Source: Lama glama (lineage: Eukaryota). From it: a DNA stretch of 64,000 nt. The translations under genes were made by a program, and so were the position numbers. Position 1 is the stretch's first letter. Every line of letters begins with the position of its first letter. Location of the stretch: assembly GCA_028534125.1 (NCBI GenBank), contig CM052832.1, positions 5,954,001 to 6,018,000 of the forward strand, given 5' to 3'. Below are positions 13,091 to 25,353 of this stretch, piece after piece. The notes beneath the pieces were generated by a model, which saw nothing but the letters and a program-made list of their open reading frames with translations, searched no databases and had not been told where the DNA came from.

Positions 13091-14309
13091 CCATCACTTC
13101 CCCTGAACCCCTCCTGCGGAATACGGGCGCCCTCTGCTTGAATCTGCTCCCGATTTCCTTCTGCTGTACAAAATGTTACTCGCCTTCCAAGGACTCGTAG
13201 AAGCTCTGTCTTCACAGTCAATGTATGGCAGAGTCCTCCAGCTCAGAGGGACTTCCCCCTTCCCTGAACGTGCAGTTTTCTTTGTCACAACTCAGCCTCC
13301 AACGGGAGAGAAGCTTTGCCTGGGGTCGGGGGAGGGGTCTGTGTACTCAAGAATCCATCCGGATACGTGAAGACACACTGGAGCATCTATTTAAATTTTT
13401 TTCTCATCTTTTTTTTAATTTCATGTTTCATAATGTGCACAATAGATACTTTGTACATTAATAGTATACACAGCTGGAGATAGAGGCTCACTGCTTTTTC
13501 ACTGATCCTAAAAGTTAGAAGAATACTGGTACATACAACTTTTGGTCAGCCATGTATGGTCCTGTGACATCTTTGAGTGTTTATCTTTTACATTATAATT
13601 TTAAATACAAGAGGTTTTGATCTTGATAGGACGTTCCATGTCTTGGGGTTCTTTACACATCTCACAATCCCTGACTAGTAAGTAAGAAGGTTCACTAATA
13701 CGTAATAAGGCTGCTGTTGCCATTTTGGCTGTAAATACTAATTGTGGTGTCTGTAAGAAAAAACATAGTCATACAGTCTATAACTACATAATACCCTAAG
13801 TGCTTTCTCTGTGTGTTCACCTGGGAAATTGCATTTGTTTTTATCCCAATCTAGTGGAAAAGGCAGGGAGCGCATCATTATCTCTGCTTTCCAGTTGAGG
13901 GATCTGGGGTTCATGAGTTAAGGGACTCCCCAGCAGCACACAGCTAGTCCAGAGAAATATCAAGTCGAAAGGACTGCTTACCCAGCTGTCACCTCTTTTA
14001 CTACGTGGGTATGGTATCCTCATAAGAAAATGAAAGGACCTCTGTGAAATGTGTTTTTTGCAAGCCTTGGATAGTAACTTAATAGTAGGGTAGCATTGGC
14101 AGTACAGTATTTAAATACATAAAGTGAAAAACAAACCCTGCAGTAAAGGCATTTGCATTGGCATTTGAGAAAATTTGCTTTTACCAATCTAAGAGGCAGG
14201 GTAACACAATGGAAAGTGGGTGATCTTAGAAGCCTGAGTAAACATTGATGTTCTGTTCATTTGTTCAGTTTTTATTTGTTTTCACCTCCCACCAACTATA
14301 CACACTCAT

Positions 14310-14730
14310 CTGTGTTTGGAGAACGCCTTTCCTTGACTCCACTGCTCTTCAGGGGAGAAGCCAGGAACTCACCCTCCCAGCCTCCCTTGCAGCTAAGATG
14401 TAGCCACGTGACCTGGGCTCAGCCAATCAGACCTGACAACGCAAGCAGCAGGCGCCCGTGGCCCTCAGCAGGCAGAGGGGAGGAGTTGCAGGAGCAGCAA
14501 CTCTAGCTCAGCCCCCACTGTCTGACGTCGCCCTGCTGGGCAGAGCTGTCAGTGCCCAGCAGAGTGCGGAGGGGCAGTGGTGTCTCACGTGGACCCGTCC
14601 GAGCCGTGAATTGGGAACTACTCTTTGTGTGCGGCCTCCATGCCCTCAAGCTGGAGAGACCTTCCCAAAGATGCGACTGTGAGATTTCATCACATTTTCT
14701 GCTTCAACTAATTAGAGTGGGTTTCTGCAG
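14310..14730 (+). mobile_element. Old MLT1-type MaLR LTR (degenerate)
   Basis: cccagcctcccttgcagcta...ccacgtgacc...ccaatcaga motif typical of older MLT1 subfamilies. Confidence 0.6.
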
Positions 14731-15039
14731 AGATCACGGGCAAGCTCCTTAATCACTCTGAGTCTGAGGTTCCTCATCTGTAGAACTGAAACTAGGCATA
14801 CCCAGCATCATTTTAAGGATGAGAGCTAAGGTACCTAAAATGCTTAACCCCCTAAGAGCTTGAAAGTTGGTAGATATTACTTGCATCATAGAGAACAGTG
14901 ATGTCCTTCTTAAGTGTCTGCGCATATGGCTGAGGTGAAAGATCTCAATAAGTGGTCTTTACAAGTGAGCATTTCAGGGCCAAGTACTGATAATGCAGGC
15001 GGAAAAAAACAAAAAACAAACAAGAATAATTTACAGTAC

Positions 15040-15081
15040 CTTGGGATCCAGGATTGTTCCAAACACCAAGATGAAAAAGCC
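15040..15081 (-). CDS. ADGRF2: ADGRF2 small exon completing TM7
   Basis: ctttcccag acceptor, AAG|gtactg donor; GFFILVFGTILDPK, in phase 0 with preceding NAFQ, giving the family motif NAFQGFFI. Confidence 0.92.
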
Positions 15082-17026
15082 CTGGGAAAGATGAAAGAGT
15101 GAGGAAGAAAACATTTAACAAAATAATAATGATAATAGTAATTAACACCGGCACTCACCATCCATTTCTGTTCTGGTAGAAAGAAAACTAAAGTACAAGC
15201 AATGATTAAATCTTAGACTCTCTCATTTTAAGGTTACGGCACCTAGATTGATCTGTTCAAAGTGCCAGTCACTCTTCTAGACCCTCAGGTACCTCAGTAA
15301 ACCAAGCAGACCAAGGTCTGAGATTCACACAAGGATGCTACAGGAATTTCTTTTCTAATTTGGGCAAAATATAATGTTTTGCATTTCACAGGAGCTGTGC
15401 GTCTCACCAGAAAATAACGATCCAAGTTTGAGTCCGAGGACATGTTAAACAATGGATGGCAGCCTTGCAGTCCCTGAGCAATCAGGAATGAAAGAATGGT
15501 CCACAGAAAAAGCAAAAGTGGCTGCGCTTAGCTTTCATTAACACCTGCAACCTCCTTCCCCCATCCACAACCAAAAACTGGTATAAAGCTTGCAAAGAAA
15601 AATCAAGTACATGGATCCTCAGAAAAATGATTGCGTTTCCAAGTACATTAACAGGTGCTCAGACATAGGTGCTCTGAAGATGATGATATGGAAGGAATTA
15701 ATCAGTTCTCATATGTCTTACCATGCATACAAAGGCAGACCCCATTTAAGTCAAATGGAGGCTGTTCCTTTTACGTTTTCAACTTACTTTTATTTTCATA
15801 GATATATAGATATAGATATATAGGCACAAATCCACTCTGGAAGAAGGAAGGAAAGTATTCGTCCCATTTTTCACATAAGGAAGCTCAGAGATTCAGCTTT
15901 CAAAATGTGATAGACAGCATCGTTCATTAGACAAAATTTCTCTTAAAGATGTGGTTACTCAGGCCATGGTTCACCTGAGAAGAGATGTGAGCTAATGATT
16001 TAAGCATCCTTGGTAAGCGGCTTCGATTTCATCATCAAATGTGACCCTTATCCAAGCAGAAGCCTGTTAAGGCTCATGGGTTTAACATAAATGGCACCAT
16101 AAAGATGTCACAGCCACGTGGTCATCGGCAGGAACAATACCAACCCCCTGTGACCATGATCTGTGAAAGCTCAGCTGAGAGGTGGAGGACTTCACAGTGT
16201 CCTCATCAGGTACCAGTGCGTGGCCAGTAGTTCATCCATTCTCCCAACACACTAAAACACACTCCCCATTCGGCCAGTCCAGCAAGCACTCCAAAGTGTG
16301 GCATGCTTCCATCACACTGCTCTTTCGTGTGACACTCTTAGCCTGCAAGATAACTTCAGAAATTTGTCATTGTGTCTGCTAAGAATATGTGACTGCATGG
16401 TCCATTTAGTTATAAAATGTCATTTGTATAAAGATGCTTGAGCCAAATACATCCCAGTCTGGTTTTGGTACTAGGGGTACATTTTAAATCAGAATCTTCA
16501 TAAATTTAGTCCAAGAATTAAATTTTTAAAAGATCTGCGGACCACAATTCTAGCCTGTTTCCTCCACAAATACATATCCCCTTGACTAAAGGACTAAGAG
16601 TAATTTCTCTCTTGGTAGGATTTTCAGTTTCTTGAGTTTGGACTAATTACACTCATATGAACATTTAGCATAATGCGTGGCACAAAATAAAGAAGAAACG
16701 TGGTGTCTCTGTGTGTTTGTGTGTGTCTGTGTATGTCTGGGTCTGTGTTTGTATTTAATTGCTTTACTATACAATCTTCATCTGTGCAGCTATAAATATG
16801 GAACACGGAAATATTCCATTAGGATCACGTTTCACTGGCCCATGACTTCTTGAAGAAAGTTACACAAAATGTCATTCAGAAAATCTGGATAAAATATTAG
16901 TCACAGAGTTTAGTAACTGACTGAGAAGTCACTGGAAGCAGCTTCTCTGAATTTCCTTTGGTAGATAAAGTGTAATTTGAGCAGATAAACCTCAAGATGT
17001 TTTCTCAGGTTTTAAAATATGTGCTT

Positions 17027-17218
17027 GAGGGGAGGGTATAGCTCAGTGGTAGAGCACGTGCTTAGCATGCACAGAGTCCTGGATTCAATCCCCAGTACCT
17101 CCCTTAAAAAAATGTTAATAAAATAAATAATAAAAATAAAATAAATAATTAATAATTAAAAATCAAGAAAAATAAATAAACCTCTTCCCCCCTCCAAATT
17201 TAATTTAATTTAATTTTA
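17027..17218 (+). mobile_element. tRNA-derived SINE (Vic-1-like)
   Basis: Same head as the copy at 34-137, followed by AATA-rich and C-rich tail. Confidence 0.88.
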
Positions 17219-17232
17219 AGAAACTGCTTTAC

Positions 17233-17593
17233 TGCTATAGACTGAATGTCTGCATCCTCCCAAAATTCACATGTTAAACCCTAATGCCCAGTGTGAAGGT
17301 ATTTGGCTGTACGGCCTTAGGGAGGTCATTGGTCATGAGGGAAGAGCCTTATGGAAGGAACTTAGCGCCCTTATAAAAGAGGCCCCAGAGAGCTCCTTGG
17401 CCCCTCCCAGCTCGTGGGGTTATAGGGAGGAGAAGGCTGTCCCTCTGCGAACCAGGAAGCAAGCTCTCACCAGACACCAGACCTGTGTGTGCCTTGATCT
17501 CGGACCTCCCAGCCTCCAGAACCGGGAGAAATAAATTTCTCTTGTTTATAAACCATGGTATTTTTGTCATAACAGCCCGAATGGACCAAAACA
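17233..17593 (+). mobile_element. MaLR solo LTR (MLT1A-like)
   Basis: TG...CA termini, MLT1A-type body, TATAAAA and AATAAA, 5-bp TSD tttac on both sides. Confidence 0.9.
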
Positions 17594-17999
17594 TTTACTT
17601 CTCTCCCAGCAAACAGCTATGAGGTGTCCCCAAGCCTCACCCAGCCCACAGTTATTCTCGGTAAGTATCAGGGAGGACACAAGTCCGAAGTTATGGACTG
17701 ACCGCTGGGCAGTTGAGGCAGCCACTGGCTGCATAACGGTGCTCTCCCAGCAAAGGGGGCGCTGGAGCTTCAAAACCAGGAAATCTTAAAAAGACTCTTT
17801 CTCCTGCATCCTCTTGACCCCCCGTATCTTTAGGAGTCTCTCTTCTCTGTCTGTACCATCAGCTTCAGCTGCCCTGCCTCTCAGTTCGTCCTCAGTGTCT
17901 GCGTGTCCTGCTTTTTCCTGCTCAGCCGATCCTGTCCCCCCCATCAGTGGTCTATGGCTCTCCCTTCTCCCCTCCCGCACTGGGAGGGGATGCCCCGAT

Positions 18000-18391
18000 C
18001 AACAGCTATGCTGGGAAACGCAATAACCAACTCTCCTAATCTGTAGCACTAGCCAACTCCCATATTTAAAGACTCCCACCACAGCTGATTTAAATCTAGC
18101 AGCGTGACGTCACCAGACATGGAGCTAGGAAGAGACCGGCACATGACCATACCTTGTTCCCACCCTACAGATACAACAGGTGCCAGTACCCTCAAGATCA
18201 TAGTAAAATGCAGACAAACGATTGCTAAGTGATGCCTTTTTAAGGATGTTTGACCTTTGTTGTTAATCGAAATTGTTGAAATAAAGTTTATATAATTTAA
18301 TTTTTAATGATGTCCATGTTTACAACCAATTCCTGAAAATAGAACACTCGGCTCTCTTGAGCCAGTACAAGCCAGCTCTGGTCCAGCACTG
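18000..18391. mobile_element. MER63-like hAT element
   Basis: Ends aattcctgaaaat...gagccagtacaagccagctc...cactg, matching the MER63 terminus as I recall it. Confidence 0.6.
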
Positions 18392-18817
18392 CCTCGTGCC
18401 TGAGCAGGGTCAGACCCTCCCCCAGACCCTGATCTCAGCTTCTCACTGTCCCACAGGCATTGGCACTTAGATGCCCCACCCTCCTGGCCAGGAGTCAGGT
18501 CAGAAACTGAGTTGAAATTACAAGTTGACTCTGTAATGACAGGTAAAGGAGCTCATGATACCAAAATACAGGTGTACACAGCCTGATCCAAAACAAGAAG
18601 TCATGATTAAGATGTCCCCGAGGGAGACAAGGGAAGGAAAATGCTGGTGGAGTGAGACATGAAGTCATTAAGGGTTCATGACAAATGACCATGGGGAACC
18701 TAAAACAGAAGTTTAGGAACACTATGTTTTGACCCCAGTCTTACCAAAGACTAGCTGCATAAGCAAGGGTAAGGCAATTGATAGTTACCAAGAATTATAC
18801 AAAAAAATACAGGGTGA

Positions 18818-18965
18818 GGGGGAAGGGTGTAGCTCAGTGGTAGAGCAAATGCTTAGCACCCACAAGGTCCTGGGTTCAATCCCCAGTGCTTCCTCTAAAA
18901 GTAAATAAATAAGTAAACCTAATTACATCCTCCCCCTCTCCCCAGAAATAAAATAAATAAATAAA
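18818..18965 (+). mobile_element. tRNA-derived SINE (Vic-1-like)
   Basis: Same tRNA-Ala-like head, aaacctaattac-cccc tail and (AAAT)n. Confidence 0.88.
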
Positions 18966-20120
18966 GTAACTGTTTCCCACTTTATAAAAAAATGTAGAGT
19001 GCAATTAATATTTTCTACAGAAATGCAAAAAAAAAAAAAGAAAACCCAGAGATTCAAACAGTGAGGCACCCCTATTACTATGAACATTGTCTTTAAGGCA
19101 TCAAAATACTTACTGTAGAATGAAATCACATATACTTAAATTTTGAAAGAGAAAATGAGAGCATATTTGACCTAAACTTTCTATTACCCACTAGGTAACA
19201 CACCATAGTCTTATTTTCAAATAAGCATAGATTCAGGGAAAAAAAGTCATTTTGTAGAAGCCTTTAGAAAAATAAAAGCTTTCTTTTCAATTAGCTTCTA
19301 TCTACATATTTAAGATTCAGTATAATAAACTTTGGCTCATCAGTACACTGTGACAGAAAAAAAATTGAAAAAAACAAAATTTCAATCAAATAGGGAATCA
19401 TTAAAGAGACGTATTTATACATAGCAACCTGATAAAATGCTAGGATGTATTTTGAAGGGAACAATTAAGTTGTATAATAAAATACATTTTTAACCCAGGT
19501 ATTATGTGAAAATATTTTTGTATATAATTGTAGAAAACTTGGCAAGGATACACATAAAACTGTGAACATCACTTAATTCACAGAGGTGAGATAAGAGAGG
19601 AGAGGTAATTTATCTTTAATGTCACTCCGAATGGCTTGCTTCATTAACATAAGGTTTCCAACGGTCACTAAAAATTCCGAATAGAAAGAATCATGATAAA
19701 TGTGCACAGTTACATTTCTAGATTTTTGGGGACGGTATCATTTAATTTCTAAACAGTAAGCAGCTCAGCCTACTGTTAGGCAAATTGTGGTCTTTCAGTC
19801 ATTTTAGTATTTGGTTCTTTCCTGTTCACTGTTCTATTTTCAAACACTCATAAAGTGGGAAGGTCTTCTACCCAGTTTATAAGTGAGGAAAACGTGGCTT
19901 GGAAAATTTAAGCAAATATCCCAAGAGAATGTTACATGTCAGTCAATGAGAGTCAAGATTTGAATCCAGGCCTTCCTGGAACAAGAGCTTCTTTTCTGAC
20001 TCAATAGGCTATTTCAAATCCTTTGTCTTTTCTAAAGTAATATGATGCCACAAACCCCTGCTCACAAAGCTTCTTCCCGAATTCTCTCACGCGGCCTCGG
20101 TTAGAAGCCTCTGGGCTTAC

Positions 20121-21482
20121 CTGGAAGGCGTTGAGCAGGGAGAAGATGATGTGGAAGGCCAGGGAGCGGTCATCCAGGACCGTGGCTATTCCGAATCCCC
20201 AGGTCAGGCCCAGGAGCGGTGTGAGGATGGCGATGTTCTTACTGATCCGCACGATGGCTCTCACCTCCTGGAACATGGAACTCCCGACGGCTGCTTGCCG
20301 GGTCTTCACAATGACCAGTGTGACTGTGACCAGGTTGACCACCACGATGGCCAGAGCCGGGACCACAAAGGCCAGCAGGGCCTTGGTCATGTCCCAGTTG
20401 AGCCAACAGGTCTCTGGCCGGAGGTAGCCTTTGCCGGGCTCAGTGGCAGCGACCGTAATAGCCGCGATGACCAAAGGGCAGCCATAGCCCACCGTGAAGA
20501 GAGAGGCCACCAGGGCCGACTTGGGCAGCGTATGGAAAACGATCAGGATTCCGTAGAGGATGAGGAGAGCCTTGGCAAGCATCCAGAAAAACACGGAAAG
20601 GTAAAAGAAGTGAACAAAAAACGTTGCTGCCACACATGCGCTGTGGCTCGTGGCTGGACCACTCAGAAAGGCAGCCACGATGAACCACACATCAGCTACC
20701 AGCAAGGAGGCCGCAATGTTAGCAATGCACACGTGGCGTAAATACGAGATCTCTGTCTTCGTCACCTCGCCCCAGACCAAGGCCTCGATGGACAAGCAAA
20801 GGACCAAGCTGCAAATAGAAATACCCAGGCCGATGTATGTGATGTAAACCAGGATCGGACTCTCCAAGACGTGGGGCGCCATCAGAATGGAGAAAGAGGT
20901 AAACAGCCTGCTTGGCCGACAGGCGCAAACTGCTTGCTGGGAGTTCTCCTGAATCATTTGGCAAGCCTGCTGGTCCCATCTGCTCTCCAGGGAGTGCCAG
21001 CCCACACACTGCGTCCTTGTTTCCTCTGACTTGCTGATCTTTTCAAAAATCAGTGAGATTCTTTGAAGTTCCTTGGGCAGAATGACAGACAGGACAAGCC
21101 CGTTCACCGTGACGTTTTCCAAAACACTGGCTTCTAAGATGGCCCCAAGAGTTGGAAAGGCGATGCTGATGGCCTTAGAAGGAGAAGGCATCTTCTGAAG
21201 TTCATCTCTACTGATCGACACCCTCCCAGTGACCTCATCGCCTGTGTCATTAACTCTCATGGAAAAAGAGAAATTCTTTCCAGCGTCGTCTCTGGAGATG
21301 GTGGTGCCCATGGTGTGAATGAACACATCTGCTATGTCAATGGGATGTTTATTTATAAACAGCTTTCTTGCAAAGGAATTGACTGAGTGGAGCAGGACCC
21401 AGCTGCTGTTCCTGTCCGGGATGAAGGTCCAGTTCGAGATGCTTTTGCTGTTAAGAATGTGGTTGGCCATGATGCTGTAACT
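20121..21482 (-). CDS. ADGRF2: ADGRF2 large exon: GAIN/GPS domain and TM1 to first part of TM7
   Basis: caacag acceptor, CAG|gtaagc donor; 454 uninterrupted codons SYSIMANHILNSK...CVGW...W...C...CAC...TSFSILM...CWL...LLGLTWGFG...NAFQ, typical adhesion GPCR motifs; synteny with CD2AP. Confidence 0.97.
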
Positions 21483-21559
21483 CTGTTGATGGAGAACAGC
21501 ATTAGTACTGAACCACTCTCTGAATCTGACGGGAGAGTCAAGACTTACTTTTAAAAAGA

Positions 21560-21710
21560 GGGGTCCTCCAACTGGTAGCAGAGGCGCCCCCTGGGAACTT
21601 TCTAGAGATCCAGCATCTCAGACCCCACCCTAGACCTAATGAATCAGAATCAGCATCTTACTGAAATCCCCAGGGGACCCGCCCACTGCTGAAGTTTGAG
21701 TTGGAGGTTA
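21560..21710. mobile_element. MER5A-like element
   Basis: cctgggaact...ctcagaccccaccctagacctaatgaatcagaatc...gaagtttgag. Confidence 0.7.
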
Positions 21711-22385
21711 GAGCTGTCAGGGGATGGCGCTCCTCCTGCTCATGCAACGCCTTCCCCGTGTGCTCACTGCCGTCCTCAGATGCACTGCCCACCTTGGTGG
21801 GACTAGCTCCTGCTTTCCTCTGTCAGAGTACTCGTTACATAATCAGCCTCTGTTGAATCCCAACTATGGTCAGGACCTTGTTCAGGGATATACTGAACTA
21901 GAGATTGACCTCAGAGATGAAGCCTACTTTTTAATATCCTCTGCTTTGGAAGATCAAAGCAAATAAAAAAGGGGATCCAGTTCCATTGGACATTCCTGTA
22001 GCAGACGCACGAGGCTGTTTTCTCTGCATTCAGTTATTATCCATTTTAGCAACCTGACCTGACTCACAAATGGAAGTAAAAGTCCTTCCTTCTGCAGGAC
22101 CTGGTTTAGTTCTCAGAGGCTTTCAGCCAAATGGACACTGGAAAAGTTTATGTCCGATCCAACGCCCAGTAAGTGGTCTCTCTAAATGTTTGTTGATTGA
22201 ATGTTTTCACTTTTCCATTATTTACTCTTCAGTGAAGACTTCTTGAACACTTGTTATGCTAAGCATTGGAGAGACGGACGTGAAAGACAGGGTCTTCAGA
22301 CCCCAGAAAGCTCGCAGAGTATTCAACTAACCTGCCTTCCTTTCCCAACAAAATAATACCCCTCTGCACCCTCGAGGCCACCCAC

Positions 22386-22619
22386 CTGCATCTTCGCCTC
22401 GTCGACGTCTGTCGTCAGCACAGTGGAGATGTTGCGTAACAGCTGCACGATGACCGCGATGTTCCCCGGGATGCGGGGAGACCGCTGAACGTTCCTGATC
22501 ACACAGGACAAATCCCGCGGGCACTTTCGCATCAACACGTCTGTAATGGTCTCCGACTTCTCGTTGGCATATTCAGTTATTTTCGTCCCTCCAGATGGTT
22601 GAATGGGATAGTCATCTGC
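22386..22619 (-). CDS. ADGRF2: ADGRF2 coding exon (start of GAIN region)
   Basis: ttcttag acceptor, CAG|gtgggt donor; 78 codons ADDYPIQ...KSETITDVLMRKCPRDLSCVIRNVQRSPRIPGNIAVIVQLLRNISTVLTTDVDEAKMQ. Confidence 0.93.
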
Positions 22620-23115
22620 CTAAGAAACGGCAAAAAGAAAGAGATTTTGATCATGTTCTCTTGGTTTTCAATGTAAGCGGACCTTTACTAAAATCTAAGA
22701 CAGCCTGATTGCACAATTGCCTACTGCAGCATGTCTTGGTGCTTTCCGTTTTCCAAGTCACGTTTGCTGTGGAATGACCTGCCGAATACCAGGGTGTTTC
22801 AGCAGGGAGTGAAGCCCCAGCTTGTCCCCCACCCGACCGCTCCCCAGAGCAGCGGCCGCTGTCTTCAGCGCACCCGCGCCGACCCCGCCTGTGGGCGGAC
22901 ACTGCACGCTCGCCCTGTGTGGCCGCGTCAGTTCCTAGTGCCACACAGGCTCATCTCTGCTGCTCCCGAGGAGGCTCGGGGGCACACTTTTGAAACAGAA
23001 ATGCCGGGCTGGATTTGGATGAATCAGCTGGAGCACCGAGATGGGAGACTGACTGAGAATAGTGGGAACAGCGACTCGTGGGAACACCTTCAGGCTCTGG
23101 GACCCACCCTTTAGA

Positions 23116-23327
23116 GCAGTGGGGGCAAACTCTGGCCCCAGGCTGGCTGCTTGATTTGTTTTGTAAACAAAGTTTTATTGGGATTCAGCCTGCTCATTCA
23201 CTGAAGTATTACCTGTGGCTGCTTTCACGCGACAACAGGGTTGAGCAGTTGCAGCAGAGACCATCTGACTCACAAGGCCCAAAATATTTGCCATCTGTGG
23301 CCCTTTAGGAAAAACTGCCAGCTGCTG
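23116..23327. mobile_element. MER58A-like hAT-Charlie element
   Basis: ggcaaact...tttgtaaacaaagttttattgg...aaaatatttgccatctgtggcccttt...tgcca. Confidence 0.8.
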
Positions 23328-24521
23328 CGTTGGAGGACCCCTTCGGTGGCCCCGGTCCTGCCTGCCCCTTCACTTGGACAAGGGGTCCACGGCCTGACAC
23401 TCTGCCTGCTCAGAACCCCACCCCTCCTCTGGGTACTGGGCTTCCCTGCGGGACAGCTCGGAGCCACTCCCAGGGCCCGCCTCTTCCCTAAGTCTGTGCT
23501 GCCAAGGAGGGATCCTGCACCAGTGTGCTCACCCAGGGCAAAGGGACACTTGTTTTCAGGTTATAGATGTGTGGTCTTGGCTTCCTCCCACCTTCAGGTG
23601 CCGGGTGGACTCTGGATGGAAGGGAGGCCAACAGAACTCACTTTATTAAGCAGTTTGCAAGGTTGCTTTCAAGCATTTCCACATGGAGACATAGGGGATG
23701 TGGGTCTCCGTGTGTATCTTGGCTCAAATCAGGGGTGGGAACTGGGGGGCAGACATCCTGGGGCAGGCAGCTTTCGGAAGTCTGGTGGGGAACTTCAGGT
23801 GTAGCCTGCACTGGCCACACCCCAAAACAGGGAACAGGAATGTTCCCAGGACAAAAGAGATGCTAAAGCCGATTGACTCCCCTGGAGGGATCAGACCCGA
23901 ACTTCAGAAAGGTGAAGCCCCACCGGAAAAGGAGAAATAGAAACAAAAGGAGAAGAAATAACATTGGCCCTGATTTTACTTAGTAAAATTGTATCCTTTT
24001 AACTGTATAATTACTTAAGTGAATGCGGGAATCTGCTCGTTTGTTGGACTGCAAAGTCCTTCCCTGTAGGGTTACTCGCTTCTCATTCCCTAATGAGACA
24101 GAGCTCACCCGGGGATCTTGGTGCTGCGCAGATTCAATTCAGCAGATCTTAGGTGGGTCTGAATTCTGCACACCTCAAAGTTCTCAGGGTTGCCCTGTGC
24201 TACAGCTCAGTGTCGGACACATTAAACATCTATCGAGGCTTTGGGGTATTACAGAGATAGAGTGAGGATGGAGAAGTAGGCTCTTCCAGCTCTGACCTAA
24301 AGGATCAGGTGCCTTACGGCATGAAAAGGTGTGGGAGACCGCAGCACAAACCTTTAGATGCTCAAAGGTAAGAGCTCCATTCTCGTGTGGAGAAGACAGG
24401 TAGGTGTGTTTGAATTCATGTACAAATGCACTCACCTACCACGCACAGGCTCTGTCTTACTGTGCGCTATAGGCATTGCTAATTTGGGGCTCCACTTTGA
24501 GTGCGAGAGAAAGGGTGTTAC

Positions 24522-24673
24522 CTCGAAGATGTTGAAGGCAGTAAGAGTCCGGCAGGTGTCAGTGATCTTGTGCCATTTCTTTTGCCTGCATAAAAACCCC
24601 ATATTCCCCTGAGTGTCTGGAGGGCAAGATTGGCTGCAGGAGGACTTCTCTAAGCAAACGCCATCGCATACAC
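24522..24673 (-). CDS. ADGRF2: Adhesion GPCR F2 (GPR111), Cys-rich N-terminal coding exon
   Basis: ttctcag acceptor, GAG|gtaaca donor; (G)VCDGVCLEKSSCSQSCPPDTQGNMGFLCRQKKWHKITDTCRTLTAFNIFE; 152 bp, starts in phase 1. Confidence 0.93.
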
Positions 24674-24853
24674 CTGAGAAAATAAAATGTATCAGCATTT
24701 GATGGAGAGGTCTGGGGTCCCAACTGAGTGGACCAGTTACCATGGCGTCAGCATCGTGAAGGCACTAAGTCCTGTGGACACCAGATGTCTTTTCTTTGCA
24801 AAGTGGAGGATGATTGAAAGAGATTAGTCATATATTTCAGTGACAAACTCCTA

Positions 24854-25353
24854 NNNNNNNNNNNNNNNNNNNNNNNNNNNNNNNNNNNNNNNNNNNNNNN
24901 NNNNNNNNNNNNNNNNNNNNNNNNNNNNNNNNNNNNNNNNNNNNNNNNNNNNNNNNNNNNNNNNNNNNNNNNNNNNNNNNNNNNNNNNNNNNNNNNNNNN
25001 NNNNNNNNNNNNNNNNNNNNNNNNNNNNNNNNNNNNNNNNNNNNNNNNNNNNNNNNNNNNNNNNNNNNNNNNNNNNNNNNNNNNNNNNNNNNNNNNNNNN
25101 NNNNNNNNNNNNNNNNNNNNNNNNNNNNNNNNNNNNNNNNNNNNNNNNNNNNNNNNNNNNNNNNNNNNNNNNNNNNNNNNNNNNNNNNNNNNNNNNNNNN
25201 NNNNNNNNNNNNNNNNNNNNNNNNNNNNNNNNNNNNNNNNNNNNNNNNNNNNNNNNNNNNNNNNNNNNNNNNNNNNNNNNNNNNNNNNNNNNNNNNNNNN
25301 NNNNNNNNNNNNNNNNNNNNNNNNNNNNNNNNNNNNNNNNNNNNNNNNNNNNN
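24854..25353. other. Assembly gap (500 N) within ADGRF2 5' region
   Basis: Run of exactly 500 N. Confidence 1.

Noticed and set aside
20131..20847. Several plus-strand ORFs overlapping the ADGRF2 large exon
   Set aside because: Antisense shadows of GC3-rich coding sequence.
23642..23805. ORF 23638-23820 with a gtgagt donor inside an ADGRF2 intron, as a possible extra exon
   Set aside because: 164 bp would shift the frame between two phase-0 ends; acceptor has a poor pyrimidine tract; the flanking exons already join in frame.
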